From a virus (lineage: Duplodnaviria; Caudoviricetes), in the IMG/VR virus record IMGVR_UViG_3300028653_000015, positions 15,116 through 79,115 of that record: 64,000 nt of DNA. One strand, given 5' to 3'. Each line of letters begins with the position of its first letter. Position 1 is the stretch's first letter. The notes beneath the pieces were generated by a model that made no database searches, was not told the origin of the DNA, and saw only the letters and a program-made list of their open reading frames with translations. The position numbers were made by a program, and so were the translations under genes. Shown in pieces: positions 21,085-30,649 of this stretch.

Positions 21085-21822
21085 ATGGCACAGCTACTGA
21101 CAGAAGATCTTACATGGTGTGTGAGTAGACTACCAAATCTGCTCAGGAAATTGATTAAGGAAAGGCCAAACCAACTGGTTGTGGCCGGGGGCTACATAAG
21201 GTCCTGCATAGCCAATGAAAAAGTAAACGACATAGATGTCTTCTCTCCAAGTGCAGGAGATGCACAACTGTGCGTGAGCATATTGAAACTGGCCGGACCC
21301 GATGTACTGAAGGTGGTAAAGACCGAGAATGCACTCACCATTTGTACGAAACCGTACCCAGTGCAGTTCGTGCACAAGTGGGTGTTCGCAAAACCGGAAG
21401 ATGTAATCCCCAGCTTCGACTTCACCGTGGCTAAAGCAGCCATCTGGTACGATGGAAATAATTGGGTATCCCTGTGCGACGACAGGTTCTACCTAGACCT
21501 AGCTGCCAAGAGATTGGTCTACTGTTGTCCCATTCGAAATGAGTACGCTGGTGGTAGTATGTTGCGGGTGTTGAAGTTCTACCAGCGTGGCTACAGGATA
21601 CCGCTAGACAGTATGGGCGCTGTCATAGCTAGACTGGTGCAAGGTGTGGGTATGCGGATGAACAGTACCCCACCAGAAAGCCAAGAGAAACAACTAGCAA
21701 AAGTACTGACAGGACTACTACGAGAAGTAGACCCTAGCGTCGACCCAGAGCACATAGCCCATCTTCCATCCACAGAACAAACTAAGGAGAGTGATGCCAG
21801 CACTAGTGATACCCGGACGTAA
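21085..21822 (+). CDS. Nucleotidyltransferase (CCA-adding/poly(A) polymerase head-like)
   Basis: VVAGGYIRS...NDIDVF, SFDFTV, RVLKFYQRGY. Confidence 0.75.
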   Translation: MAQLLTEDLTWCVSRLPNLLRKLIKERPNQLVVAGGYIRSCIANEKVNDIDVFSPSAGDAQLCVSILKLAGPDVLKVVKTENALTICTKPYPVQFVHKWVFAKPEDVIPSFDFTVAKAAIWYDGNNWVSLCDDRFYLDLAAKRLVYCCPIRNEYAGGSMLRVLKFYQRGYRIPLDSMGAVIARLVQGVGMRMNSTPPESQEKQLAKVLTGLLREVDPSVDPEHIAHLPSTEQTKESDASTSDTRT

Positions 21823-22165
21823 AGTTATGGCCACTGTAGAAGGACGTGCTCAACAGATAGCCAAAGAAGACAACAACCGAGTACGACGGAAGCAAGAGAT
21901 TCGTGGAGAAGCAGAGCTCAACTTCTTCCCCGGAGATGGGAAAGCTCAAGTAGACAGCACCAGGGGGTTTAAGTCTTGGATCAATGGTCGCAATGGTGGA
22001 CTTACTGTGGAATCTACTGTTCGTGTCAGTGTGGCCTGTAACCAAGACCCAGAGTCCATAGAGGTTGCTATACAAGAGGCTGGGGCAGTAGCAGAGGCAA
22101 TGGCGAAGAAGGGGGCTGAGGAGATGGGAGCATACGTAGATCACTTCGCAGAGGATGTGGGATGA
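21791..22165 (+). CDS. Hypothetical protein
   Basis: Packed ORF with an ATGA overlap to the next gene. Confidence 0.6.
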   Translation: MMPALVIPGRKVMATVEGRAQQIAKEDNNRVRRKQEIRGEAELNFFPGDGKAQVDSTRGFKSWINGRNGGLTVESTVRVSVACNQDPESIEVAIQEAGAVAEAMAKKGAEEMGAYVDHFAEDVG

Positions 22166-22380
22166 AGACTTGTGCCGTATGCGATAATACGTCAGAAGGC
22201 AACTACTCCATCCATAGATACGCAATGGATGTAGGTCGAGAAGTGTGGCTCTGTGATGGGTGTGGATCTAAAACAACACCCACATGCGGACAGATATGGG
22301 ATTGGCTGCGCGATAAGAAGTTGCCAAGGTCTGCCTTCGTCAAGAAACCTAGGAAGCCGAAAGCAAAGAAACGCACATGA
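22162..22380 (+). CDS. Small Zn-finger-like protein
   Basis: CAVC...CDGC and a basic tail. ATGA overlaps on both sides. Confidence 0.6.
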   Translation: MKTCAVCDNTSEGNYSIHRYAMDVGREVWLCDGCGSKTTPTCGQIWDWLRDKKLPRSAFVKKPRKPKAKKRT

Positions 22381-22730
22381 AAATCTGTGATGATGCTTGT
22401 TTGATCAATGCTCTACATGTAGTGGAGATAGCAATCAGCAATACCACCCCATACGTGGGTGGCAAAGGCATGCTCATGACTGCTACCTATGCTCTTGCCA
22501 TAGGAGATCCTAAGAACCAACAAATACAAAGCACGCACGGTAAGTGCACAGCAACACCACAAAACTGGTCAAAAGAAACACTAGAAAAACTAGTCGACTT
22601 GATCGACTCAATGGAACATGACCTACTACCAAGACACTTCGACAGAAACATCAACAACACACTAAGCAAGGGGATGCAAGATGAGACAGGGCCTGAGACT
22701 GGAAGACTCGAAGAAACTCCTCAAATTTGA
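22377..22730 (+). CDS. Hypothetical protein
   Basis: Packed ORF with an ATGA overlap. Confidence 0.6.
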   Translation: MKICDDACLINALHVVEIAISNTTPYVGGKGMLMTATYALAIGDPKNQQIQSTHGKCTATPQNWSKETLEKLVDLIDSMEHDLLPRHFDRNINNTLSKGMQDETGPETGRLEETPQI

Positions 22731-23823
22731 ACTGGTACGACAGGAGGTCGCTGAGGAACACTATCTCAAGAACCCAGACATCGTAGTCAAGATGTCTGAC
22801 TTGAGGATCACACCAGAGCTCCACATGGAAATCCCAAAGTTGGGTACGTTCAGCATGACAGATTGGTCCAAGCATCAGCTCGGTCAAATCCTGGGAATCC
22901 AGTGGAACAAGTGGTTCAATCCTGCCTTTGTCAACCACAGCGTCATTCAGGATGAGTTACAAAAGCGTTTTTCTTGGACCGGCATGAGCCAGAAGCTCAG
23001 GACCAAGCAGTTCCGACCAGGAACTCCAGGGGTCAAAGGAGCCAACGGTTATCTACGTGCCGTTCTATCCCCAACATACGAGCCCATAGATGACGAGAGG
23101 ATCTTTGATAGGTGCGAACGCAGGTTCACATCTCAGCTCAGTGAGCTGGGCTTCATGAAAAATCACCTAACAAAGCATACACGGTGGGGTAATGACCACT
23201 GCAACTACTACACCATGGTTTCCAAACAGGAGATCAACCTTGGGGAGATTGACAGGAATAATCCCAACCCGGAAGTTCGACGTATCTATGACCTGGCGGA
23301 AAGAGAAGGCAGACTCCCAGAAGCTGACTACATCTACCCAGGTCTGTCCCTGCGTAACTCAGAAGTAGGATACACAGCTGTCGTCATAGATGAGTTCACC
23401 TTCCGCCTGGTGTGCTTGAACGGAGCCATCATGTGTGTGGGCGATAGCCGACTCATGTACCGACAACACCGACCCATCGAAGAGGCTTTTCTGGACAAAC
23501 AACTGAACGAGGTATTCAGCAAGGTCGACAAGCGATGGCTTCAGACCAAGAATAACCTCCTCATGCTTTCCGGCATTCCCATCAAAGACCCAGACAATGA
23601 GATCCTCCTGCAGTTGACAAAGCTGGAGGCTTCTAAGAAGTTCATCACCGCTGCTCAAGAAGCATACAAACTCGAGCCCTTGGCAACCATGTACGGTGTG
23701 TTCCAGGCTGTCACACGGGCAGCTCAGAATATCAACGAGGATATGGACAAGCGCTTCGACTTGGAAACTATGGCTGGACGTCTGGTATCTATGGCTCCAA
23801 AGCTTACCGCGTTGGCTGCCTAG
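22681..23823 (+). CDS. DUF932-like protein
   Basis: LRAVLSPTY..IDD, SLRNSEVG, FRLVCLNG, YGVFQAVT. Confidence 0.7.
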   Translation: MRQGLRLEDSKKLLKFELVRQEVAEEHYLKNPDIVVKMSDLRITPELHMEIPKLGTFSMTDWSKHQLGQILGIQWNKWFNPAFVNHSVIQDELQKRFSWTGMSQKLRTKQFRPGTPGVKGANGYLRAVLSPTYEPIDDERIFDRCERRFTSQLSELGFMKNHLTKHTRWGNDHCNYYTMVSKQEINLGEIDRNNPNPEVRRIYDLAEREGRLPEADYIYPGLSLRNSEVGYTAVVIDEFTFRLVCLNGAIMCVGDSRLMYRQHRPIEEAFLDKQLNEVFSKVDKRWLQTKNNLLMLSGIPIKDPDNEILLQLTKLEASKKFITAAQEAYKLEPLATMYGVFQAVTRAAQNINEDMDKRFDLETMAGRLVSMAPKLTALAA

Positions 23824-23836
23824 ACCACAACCTGTT

Positions 23837-23926
23837 GTGGGTGGGGTAGGGGTACACCACAAGCAGTTGGGTTCATCAACACGTCGTTGACAGCCTCACT
23901 GCTTGGGGTACTCTTACCCTTTCCAC
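23837..23926 (+). other. Long imperfect intergenic stem-loop
   Basis: Nested pairings GTGG/CCAC, GGGTAGGGGTAC/GTACTCTTACCC, AAGCAGT/ACTGCTT, TCAAC/GTTGA. Confidence 0.6.
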
Positions 23927-23948
23927 TTCTGTTGCAAGGAGAGATCAA

Positions 23949-24266
23949 ATGGCAGAACGAGGAAGAGCGTCAGGACCCGGTTCCGCACTACTGGGACTAA
24001 CAGAACTGAACAACCGATTCACTGCGCTTCAAAAAGAGTTTGCGGAACTCAGAGATCAACTGAACGTCTTTGAGAATTGGAACTCTGAGATCAAGACGAT
24101 GTACGGTAAGATGGTTGGCATTGACACCACAGATGGCAACTCCCGTACTGGTGTTCTTGTGTGGTCAGACCGCTACAATCTATGCATAGAGCGGGTAGGT
24201 GGAGTTAAAGCGCACAGACAAATCATAAGCAAAGGTGCAATGGTCTCTATAGAGCTAGAGGAGTAA
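23949..24266 (+). CDS. Hypothetical protein (coiled coil plus small beta domain)
   Basis: AAGGAG RBS, 105 aa. Confidence 0.7.
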   Translation: MAERGRASGPGSALLGLTELNNRFTALQKEFAELRDQLNVFENWNSEIKTMYGKMVGIDTTDGNSRTGVLVWSDRYNLCIERVGGVKAHRQIISKGAMVSIELEE

Positions 24267-24269
24267 CCT

Positions 24270-25784
24270 ATGGCAGCCAACAAAGACATATCCTTGATAG
24301 CAAAGATCGCTGACACAGGCGACATCAGAACTGCGTACGATGCTGGTGTACGTGTAGAACGCTTTGCAGATACAGATGCCAGGCTACTATGGGACTATGT
24401 CTATGGATACTGGAGAAACAAAGCTACCAGTGGTGATGTTCCCACCAGAGAGATGCTTCATGAGGCATTTCCCTCGGTAGACATTCCACCAGAGAATCGC
24501 ATAAGCATCAAGTCAGCCGTAGATGAGTTCCTCAAGCACGACACTACAGCAAGACTCAAGAAACTTGGTACGTACATAGACGATTGGGCTGAAAGACCTG
24601 ATGAGGCTATTGCGCATTTAGATCGTGAAATCAGAGAGATGCGTAAGATCCGTAGGAGTAGCACTGATATCATTGTCTCTGCTTCCGGCGAAACCGTAAA
24701 GCGTATGTACGAGGCGAACAAGCAGAAGAACGTACTCAGTGGTATCCCCTATCCGTGGAAGATACTGAATGATGAAACTCGAGGTATGCAGGATGGAGAG
24801 TACATCATCTTCTACGGAAGACCTAAGAGTCTCAAGACTTACCTCGCTCTGTATGTTGCTACGTATGCATACGATTTCGCCAGCTGCAACATATTGATCT
24901 ATACCCGCGAGATGTCTCCAGAACAGATGATGGTCAGAAGTGTGTGCTTCCTAATAGGCGCTCCATACGAGGCATGGAAGCACGGACGACTGAACGAGAT
25001 AGCGCATCCACACGGTGGTAATATGGAAGATCATTTCCATGCCACTATGGATACTATGTACGCAGATGAGAAAACCTGCAGTCTAGAGACTGGCAGAAAC
25101 AAGAAGCTGATCATTACCAGTGACCGAGAGGACCGCAAGTACGGTGGTGCAATAGGTGGTCTACAGCGTAAGATGGAAGACTTCAAGCCAGACATGACTG
25201 TAGTAGACGCCGTATACCTCATGAAAAATGATCGTGATGGAGTAGGACAACGGTCAGTGAAGTGGGGAGACCAGTCCGCCATATCCCAAGATCTAAAGGA
25301 CCTGGCACAAGACACCAAACGAGTAATCCTAGCTACGTTGCAGGCGAATAGGGCCAGTGAAAAACCAGACCAACGAGGACAGTCTACAACTAACCTGGCC
25401 TACTCAGACTCCTACGCACAGGATACCGACTTGGCCATTGAGATCATAAAGAGGTACGTGGATAAAGAGCACAATGAGCTAGCCCTTGCTATCACTGCTT
25501 CCAGAGAAACAAATATAGCTGGGTTTGCCATTCATGGAAATCCATGCTGCGATTTCAGCATGTTGGAGCGAGAAGTTCGTGATGACATGGGTGTCATGAA
25601 GAATCCTGATGGCACCAAGGTCATTCAGCCTGTTATCTTCCAGGACCCAAGAGACATCAAACAATTCTTCTGGAAGAATCACATACCAAGCGTGTTGCCA
25701 AACTACGATGCACCTGAAGAGTCCTCTGGCGATGGAGGACGTAGAATGAAGGGCCCGCCCTCGTTGCATATCCCAGGTAGGTGA
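24270..25784 (+). CDS. DnaB-like replicative helicase
   Basis: YGRPKSLKT, TREMSPEQ, VVDAVYL, LQANR, AYSDSYAQDTD. Confidence 0.88.
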   Translation: MAANKDISLIAKIADTGDIRTAYDAGVRVERFADTDARLLWDYVYGYWRNKATSGDVPTREMLHEAFPSVDIPPENRISIKSAVDEFLKHDTTARLKKLGTYIDDWAERPDEAIAHLDREIREMRKIRRSSTDIIVSASGETVKRMYEANKQKNVLSGIPYPWKILNDETRGMQDGEYIIFYGRPKSLKTYLALYVATYAYDFASCNILIYTREMSPEQMMVRSVCFLIGAPYEAWKHGRLNEIAHPHGGNMEDHFHATMDTMYADEKTCSLETGRNKKLIITSDREDRKYGGAIGGLQRKMEDFKPDMTVVDAVYLMKNDRDGVGQRSVKWGDQSAISQDLKDLAQDTKRVILATLQANRASEKPDQRGQSTTNLAYSDSYAQDTDLAIEIIKRYVDKEHNELALAITASRETNIAGFAIHGNPCCDFSMLEREVRDDMGVMKNPDGTKVIQPVIFQDPRDIKQFFWKNHIPSVLPNYDAPEESSGDGGRRMKGPPSLHIPGR

Positions 25785-25787
25785 GTC

Positions 25788-26855
25788 GTGGCACTACGTG
25801 AGGTCGTACTAGAATACGCTACTAAGTATCTGCGGTACGTAAGAACTTCAGGAACGGTTAACGTAGGTGGTCCTTGCCCTTTCCATAAGGGAGGGCAAGA
25901 ACGCACACCATCCTTCTACATCAATACCCAGAATGGGTTGTACTTCTGCCATGCGTGTGGCGAGAAGGGTACGTTCGCGCAGTTCATGAAGCTAATGGGG
26001 GCTAGTGCTGAGAAGGTAGACCTAGTTCTCGAGCTAGCCAGACAAGAGCAACCGAAGAGACCGCCTAAGGCATCAGACCTTCATGGTGACCACTACCTGA
26101 ACGAAAGCTTGTTGGGTGTCTTTGACTATTGCCCCGTAAAGCTGGTAGAAGATGGATTCGATGAGGTACTACTCCACAAAATGGATGTGGGGTTTGATAA
26201 AGAGTACGAACGGATCACATTTCCTCTCCGCGACTTGTATGGGAATTTGGTGGGGTTTTCAGGAAGAACGGTGACGGATGGTTACCCGCGATACTTGGTA
26301 TACAAGAAAGAAGACCTGAAGAGGTTTTGCTCAGACAGACCAGAGGACATGGCCAAGTATGATTCGTATGACATCAAGAATCATGAGCATCTGTGGAACA
26401 TGCACAACGTGTTCCCCAGTCTGTTCTATACCGAGCTGGATACTGTGATAGTGGTTGAGGGATTCAAGGCGTGTCTATGGATGATACAGCATGGGTTCGA
26501 GAATACCGTAGCTTTGCAAGGGAGCCGAATGACGGCAAAACAAGAGGCCATACTTTGCAAGTTTGGTGGGAGTGTGCTCTTCTTTCTAGACAACAACAAG
26601 GCAGGAAGGGATGGTACTAATGACGCAGGACCAAGACTAAAGTGTAGAGGACAGCAGTTCAAGGTTTGCTCCTACCCGGACTCTGTAGAAGAAGGAGCAC
26701 AGCCAGACAATCTCACACAAGAAGAAATACAGAACAGTCTGGACACAGCAAAAACACTGAATGAATGGAGAACTGAAAATGGAATACTCCCCAAATCGAA
26801 GAATCTCAATAGGGCAAAGAATCCATGGGTACATGGCAACGCACAGCACAGGTAA
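25788..26855 (+). CDS. DNA primase (CHC2 zinc finger plus TOPRIM)
   Basis: CPFH..ERTPSF..YFCHAC, FPLRD..G.LVGFSGR, VVEG, FLDNNKAG. Confidence 0.9.
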   Translation: MALREVVLEYATKYLRYVRTSGTVNVGGPCPFHKGGQERTPSFYINTQNGLYFCHACGEKGTFAQFMKLMGASAEKVDLVLELARQEQPKRPPKASDLHGDHYLNESLLGVFDYCPVKLVEDGFDEVLLHKMDVGFDKEYERITFPLRDLYGNLVGFSGRTVTDGYPRYLVYKKEDLKRFCSDRPEDMAKYDSYDIKNHEHLWNMHNVFPSLFYTELDTVIVVEGFKACLWMIQHGFENTVALQGSRMTAKQEAILCKFGGSVLFFLDNNKAGRDGTNDAGPRLKCRGQQFKVCSYPDSVEEGAQPDNLTQEEIQNSLDTAKTLNEWRTENGILPKSKNLNRAKNPWVHGNAQHR

Positions 26856-27924
26856 GAGCAGCGGTTTCAAACGAAGCAGAGGCTCTTCCCTCAACATCAG
26901 GTGGGGTGCTAGGTGGAGGCCGCCGAAGGCACCAGCCACAGCTAAGATCCGACTGATACCAGGGAACTACAAGGGACTGGATGGAAACGAGTACTCATAC
27001 TTCCAGTACGTTGAGTTCTACAGCGTGAGGGCCAACAGGAACTTCATCAGTTCCGCTGATTGGAAGATCGATGATGAGGGTAAGCTCATCAAGGTTGGTG
27101 GGAATTGCCTTGGTCAAGATGCAATGGATACGGAGATTGCAGAGGGTATAGACAGGGACCACCGTTCGATCTCTCGTAGACTTATGCATGTGTTCAATGC
27201 AATACACCTGGCATGGTACCACCTGGTACCAGTAGAACGTGGAGATGGCTCACCAGCCATCTATGAGAATGGCAAGAACAAAGGTGAGCAGATACTGCAG
27301 AAGGTACCTTGTGATGGTCGCAAGTGTGACATGTGCCAAGAAAAACTCCCAAAGACATTTGGCAAGAAGTCACACTGGAGTCTGGGGTTCAATCACCTCG
27401 TGAATCTGTCCGGGTTCATTGACGAGATTGAAAAGGACTGTTCAGAGTGTGGTGGCAAGGGCACCATAGAGAAGGTTACCTACGACTGCGGTGGATGTGG
27501 CACACCAATCGTTGTGTGTGCTGACTTCGATCTCCGGGATGAGAAGCAGGCAAATGAGTACGACAGGTTGATTGGTAGACCATACGTCTGCAAGTGTGGC
27601 CTTACTGATATACCTGTGGCTCAGCTTGAGTGCACTGGCTGCAGAGACCCCAAGCCACTGGACATCTTTGACTGTGACATAGAGGTCAAGAGGCAAGGTG
27701 AGGGTACTGCCTCCACAGTACAGGTTGCTCGATGGGTGCCTACCGTGCTTACAGATGAATTGAAGGAAATGGCCAAGCCGTGGAACTTCAGTGAGATCTT
27801 TGCACCTGACCCATTGAACATACAAGCAGACATCCTGAAGTGCAGGAATCCATATGCTACCGGCGGTGCCGAAGCCGGTAAAGAACATGCCCGTGAATAC
27901 GGTACAGCCGACTACAACAAGTAG
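26779..27924 (+). CDS. Putative ssDNA-binding protein with multiple Zn ribbons
   Basis: Lies between primase and polymerase. KIRLIPG and DIEVKRQGEG resemble gp32-like SSBs. Several CxxC pairs. Confidence 0.5.
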   Translation: MEYSPNRRISIGQRIHGYMATHSTGKSSGFKRSRGSSLNIRWGARWRPPKAPATAKIRLIPGNYKGLDGNEYSYFQYVEFYSVRANRNFISSADWKIDDEGKLIKVGGNCLGQDAMDTEIAEGIDRDHRSISRRLMHVFNAIHLAWYHLVPVERGDGSPAIYENGKNKGEQILQKVPCDGRKCDMCQEKLPKTFGKKSHWSLGFNHLVNLSGFIDEIEKDCSECGGKGTIEKVTYDCGGCGTPIVVCADFDLRDEKQANEYDRLIGRPYVCKCGLTDIPVAQLECTGCRDPKPLDIFDCDIEVKRQGEGTASTVQVARWVPTVLTDELKEMAKPWNFSEIFAPDPLNIQADILKCRNPYATGGAEAGKEHAREYGTADYNK

Positions 27925-27939
27925 TGACTGAGTCTGTAG

Positions 27940-27979
27940 TCCCACCCTCCCTTCTGCCGGGGAGGGTGGGATTTTCTTT
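27940..27979 (+). terminator. Rho-independent terminator
   Basis: TCCCACCCTCCC/GGGAGGGTGGGA stem followed by TTTTCTTT. Confidence 0.8.
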
Positions 27980-28002
27980 GTAGGCACACTCAGGAGAATT
28001 CT

Positions 28003-29952
28003 TTGCAGCGCATACTACAGTTGAAACCGCCGGTTACCTACGTGGATAACCCCGAAGAGATGATGAAATTCGTCAAACACGTACAAGCCACCAAGGAGTG
28101 CGCACTAGATACTGAGACGACAGGACTCAACAGGTGGAAAGATCATGTGGTTGTGTGGTCTGCTTGTCCATCTGAAGACGCCCGATACTGCTTTACCCGG
28201 CCTATGCTTCGCATCTACAACGAGGAGCTAGCCCAAGATACCAGCCTCACCTGGTACTTCACCAACCAAACATTCGATTTCTGCATGCTTGCAAATTCTG
28301 GTGTCCTACCTCCTATGGGTGACTCCTATTGCACGCTGGCCATGGACTGGCTACACAACGAGAACCGACAAGGACGCCACGGTCTGAAGGACACCACGCT
28401 GGACTACACAGGTGCCGGCATGGAAGAGTTCAATACCGCTTTCCCAGGTCTGAAAGAAGAGAGTACGGAGGTACGCATACTCAGAGCTCTGGAAGTAGAT
28501 TTCCGTAGGGCGATCAGTTATGCGTCTGATGATGCGTACGCAACCTTCAGAGTCTTCCATATTCTCCGCGACTTCCTAGACAAGGAAGAGATGGTTTATG
28601 AGAAGTCCTTGTGGGAGTACTTCCAAGAAGTAGAAATGCCATTCACTAGGGTCTTGTTCAATATGATCCGAAGAGGGATTATGATTGATACAGGGTACCT
28701 AGAAGATCTGAAGCCGCAGCTGCATGGAAATATACAGCTGCTAGAGCGGAAGATTGTGAAGATGGCCGGTAAGGAGCTGAATCTCAAGAGCACTAAGCAG
28801 CTGGCATGGTTGCTCTTTGAGAAACTTGGTCTTAAACCGATCAAAAAGACAAAGAAAGGTGGCAAGCCATCTACGGATGAGGACACTCTACAGCGGTACG
28901 CTGATGATGGTATAGAGATATGCAAGGAGATCATAAAGCTTCGTAAGCTCTCAAAGTTCAACAGCACCTACGTCGAGGGTCTGTCCAAGTGGTTAGATCC
29001 TGTGGGTCGTGTGCACCCCACACTCACCCAGCACGTGACAGTTACTGGACGGTTGAGCTCTGTAGATCCGAATCTCCAGAATATTCCGCGACCTGACAAC
29101 GACGTGTTCCATATCCGTGAAGCATTCATTCCCAAAGAAGGTTATGCCTTCTGCGTCTTTGACTACGAGCAACTGGAGATGAGAATACTGGCTCATATTT
29201 CTGGTGAGCCTAACATGATCCAAGTGATCAATAACGGGTGGGATATTCACACAGGCACTGCCAGCCTGATGTACAACTACCCGTACGAAGAAATCATAGC
29301 TGCTGTGAAGAGGAAGAAGTCAGCATCCAAAGAAGGCAGCAACATCAAGCTCACGGAACTCGAGCTAGCGATGTGCTTTGGTAGACAAGCCAGTAAGACA
29401 ATAGGCTTCGGACTGCTGTTTGGTGAGGGGCCGAAGAAGCTGGCCAATACCCTAGGCGTGTCTATACCAGAGGCAAAGAGACTGATAGAGAAATACTTCG
29501 CACCATATCCCGGTGTTCGAGAGCACATCAACAATGTGCACAGACTGATCAGAGAGGATTGTGTATACCGCACACTTATGGGAAGGCCCCGTAGATTCCC
29601 AGAGATGTCTCAGATAGGTGATAGACCCTATTGGGATTTGACCGGTGGTGAGAAGCTAGTTGTATCGCAGAGTGAGCGTCAATCGGTCAACTTCGGTACG
29701 CAAGGTGGGGCTGCTGACATACTCAAGAGGGCTATGATCTTGTGTGAGTTCGATCCACACCTCCGAGATCTAGGTGTGGAGATGCTACTTCAGATTCACG
29801 ATGAGTTGATTTTCGAAGTGCCTATCGAATCCGTACAGGAGGCTATGCCAGCCATCAAACAACTTATGGAGCATCCACTTGGTTACGAACTGGCAGTTCC
29901 ATTGGCTTGTGATGGAGGTTCTGGAAACTCCTGGATGTCCGCGAAAGGCTAG
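28003..29952 (+). CDS. polA: Family A DNA polymerase with 3'-5' exonuclease
   Basis: ALDTETTG, YASDDA, TGRLSS..PNLQNIP, DYEQLEMR, KTIGFGLLFG, LQIHDEL. Confidence 0.95.
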   Translation: MQRILQLKPPVTYVDNPEEMMKFVKHVQATKECALDTETTGLNRWKDHVVVWSACPSEDARYCFTRPMLRIYNEELAQDTSLTWYFTNQTFDFCMLANSGVLPPMGDSYCTLAMDWLHNENRQGRHGLKDTTLDYTGAGMEEFNTAFPGLKEESTEVRILRALEVDFRRAISYASDDAYATFRVFHILRDFLDKEEMVYEKSLWEYFQEVEMPFTRVLFNMIRRGIMIDTGYLEDLKPQLHGNIQLLERKIVKMAGKELNLKSTKQLAWLLFEKLGLKPIKKTKKGGKPSTDEDTLQRYADDGIEICKEIIKLRKLSKFNSTYVEGLSKWLDPVGRVHPTLTQHVTVTGRLSSVDPNLQNIPRPDNDVFHIREAFIPKEGYAFCVFDYEQLEMRILAHISGEPNMIQVINNGWDIHTGTASLMYNYPYEEIIAAVKRKKSASKEGSNIKLTELELAMCFGRQASKTIGFGLLFGEGPKKLANTLGVSIPEAKRLIEKYFAPYPGVREHINNVHRLIREDCVYRTLMGRPRRFPEMSQIGDRPYWDLTGGEKLVVSQSERQSVNFGTQGGAADILKRAMILCEFDPHLRDLGVEMLLQIHDELIFEVPIESVQEAMPAIKQLMEHPLGYELAVPLACDGGSGNSWMSAKG

Positions 29953-29956
29953 AACA

Positions 29957-30145
29957 ATGAACAAAAAGCTAAGTGAGATACAGGCATTCGTAAAGGCTGA
30001 GATGGCCAAAATAGACACTGACGAAAGGTATCATAACGAACCGGCACTGTTGCAAGTAAATGCACCCCTAACTTTGATCCAGCTTGAAATGAGTGCCAAG
30101 ATGTTAATCCTAAAGAAGGTAAAGGCACTTCTAGACCAGCCATGA
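29957..30145 (+). CDS. Small hypothetical protein
   Basis: MNKKLSEIQ... fills the gap and overlaps the next gene by ATGA. Confidence 0.55.
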   Translation: MNKKLSEIQAFVKAEMAKIDTDERYHNEPALLQVNAPLTLIQLEMSAKMLILKKVKALLDQP

Positions 30146-30621
30146 CCTACCAGCAATTGATCGTGCACGTTGCAGAAGGCTCGAGCTACACAAAGCGTGA
30201 ACTACGTAAGATCTTACGCCTTGTTAGCTCCGCCATCTGCAACGAGCTTGCTGGTGGTGGAGAGGTTGTGTGGAACGGTCTTGGTGCACTCAAGAACGTA
30301 CCTAAAGCCCCACACCTCGTACGCAATGTCTTCACAGGAGAGCACTACAAAACTAAACCTAGTAGACGAGTCAAGTTCACTCCAAGTGCAAAGGTTAGGA
30401 AGCAGGTGAGAGCATCTATACACCTGTTCCAGGAACCTGACTTGGTTCAGCGCTATCTACCAAAGGAGAACAGTGGAAAAATACGCAGTACAGATAGACC
30501 CAACAAAAGTGGACAAGGAGAAGGAGAAGAACGCAGAGAAGGGGAAGACGTTGGACGACCCCAACTGCAATGTACCCCTAGATCCAATCGAGGGCTCAAA
30601 GCCTTTCGAAAAGGAAGCTGA
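30142..30621 (+). CDS. HU/IHF-like DNA-binding protein
   Basis: LI..VAE, ICNELAGGGEVVWNGLG, RNVFTGE, RVKFTPS. Confidence 0.8.
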   Translation: MTYQQLIVHVAEGSSYTKRELRKILRLVSSAICNELAGGGEVVWNGLGALKNVPKAPHLVRNVFTGEHYKTKPSRRVKFTPSAKVRKQVRASIHLFQEPDLVQRYLPKENSGKIRSTDRPNKSGQGEGEERREGEDVGRPQLQCTPRSNRGLKAFRKGS

Positions 30622-30649
30622 GAAAGGCGCAAATGCCAAAGCCAAGTAA
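30473..30649 (+). CDS. 58-aa small protein overlapping the HU tail (absent from the track)
   Basis: AAAGGAG RBS plus GTG. Reads (M)EKYAVQIDPTKVDKEKEKNAEK...EGSKPFEKEAEKGANAKAK. Confidence 0.55.
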   Translation: MEKYAVQIDPTKVDKEKEKNAEKGKTLDDPNCNVPLDPIEGSKPFEKEAEKGANAKAK

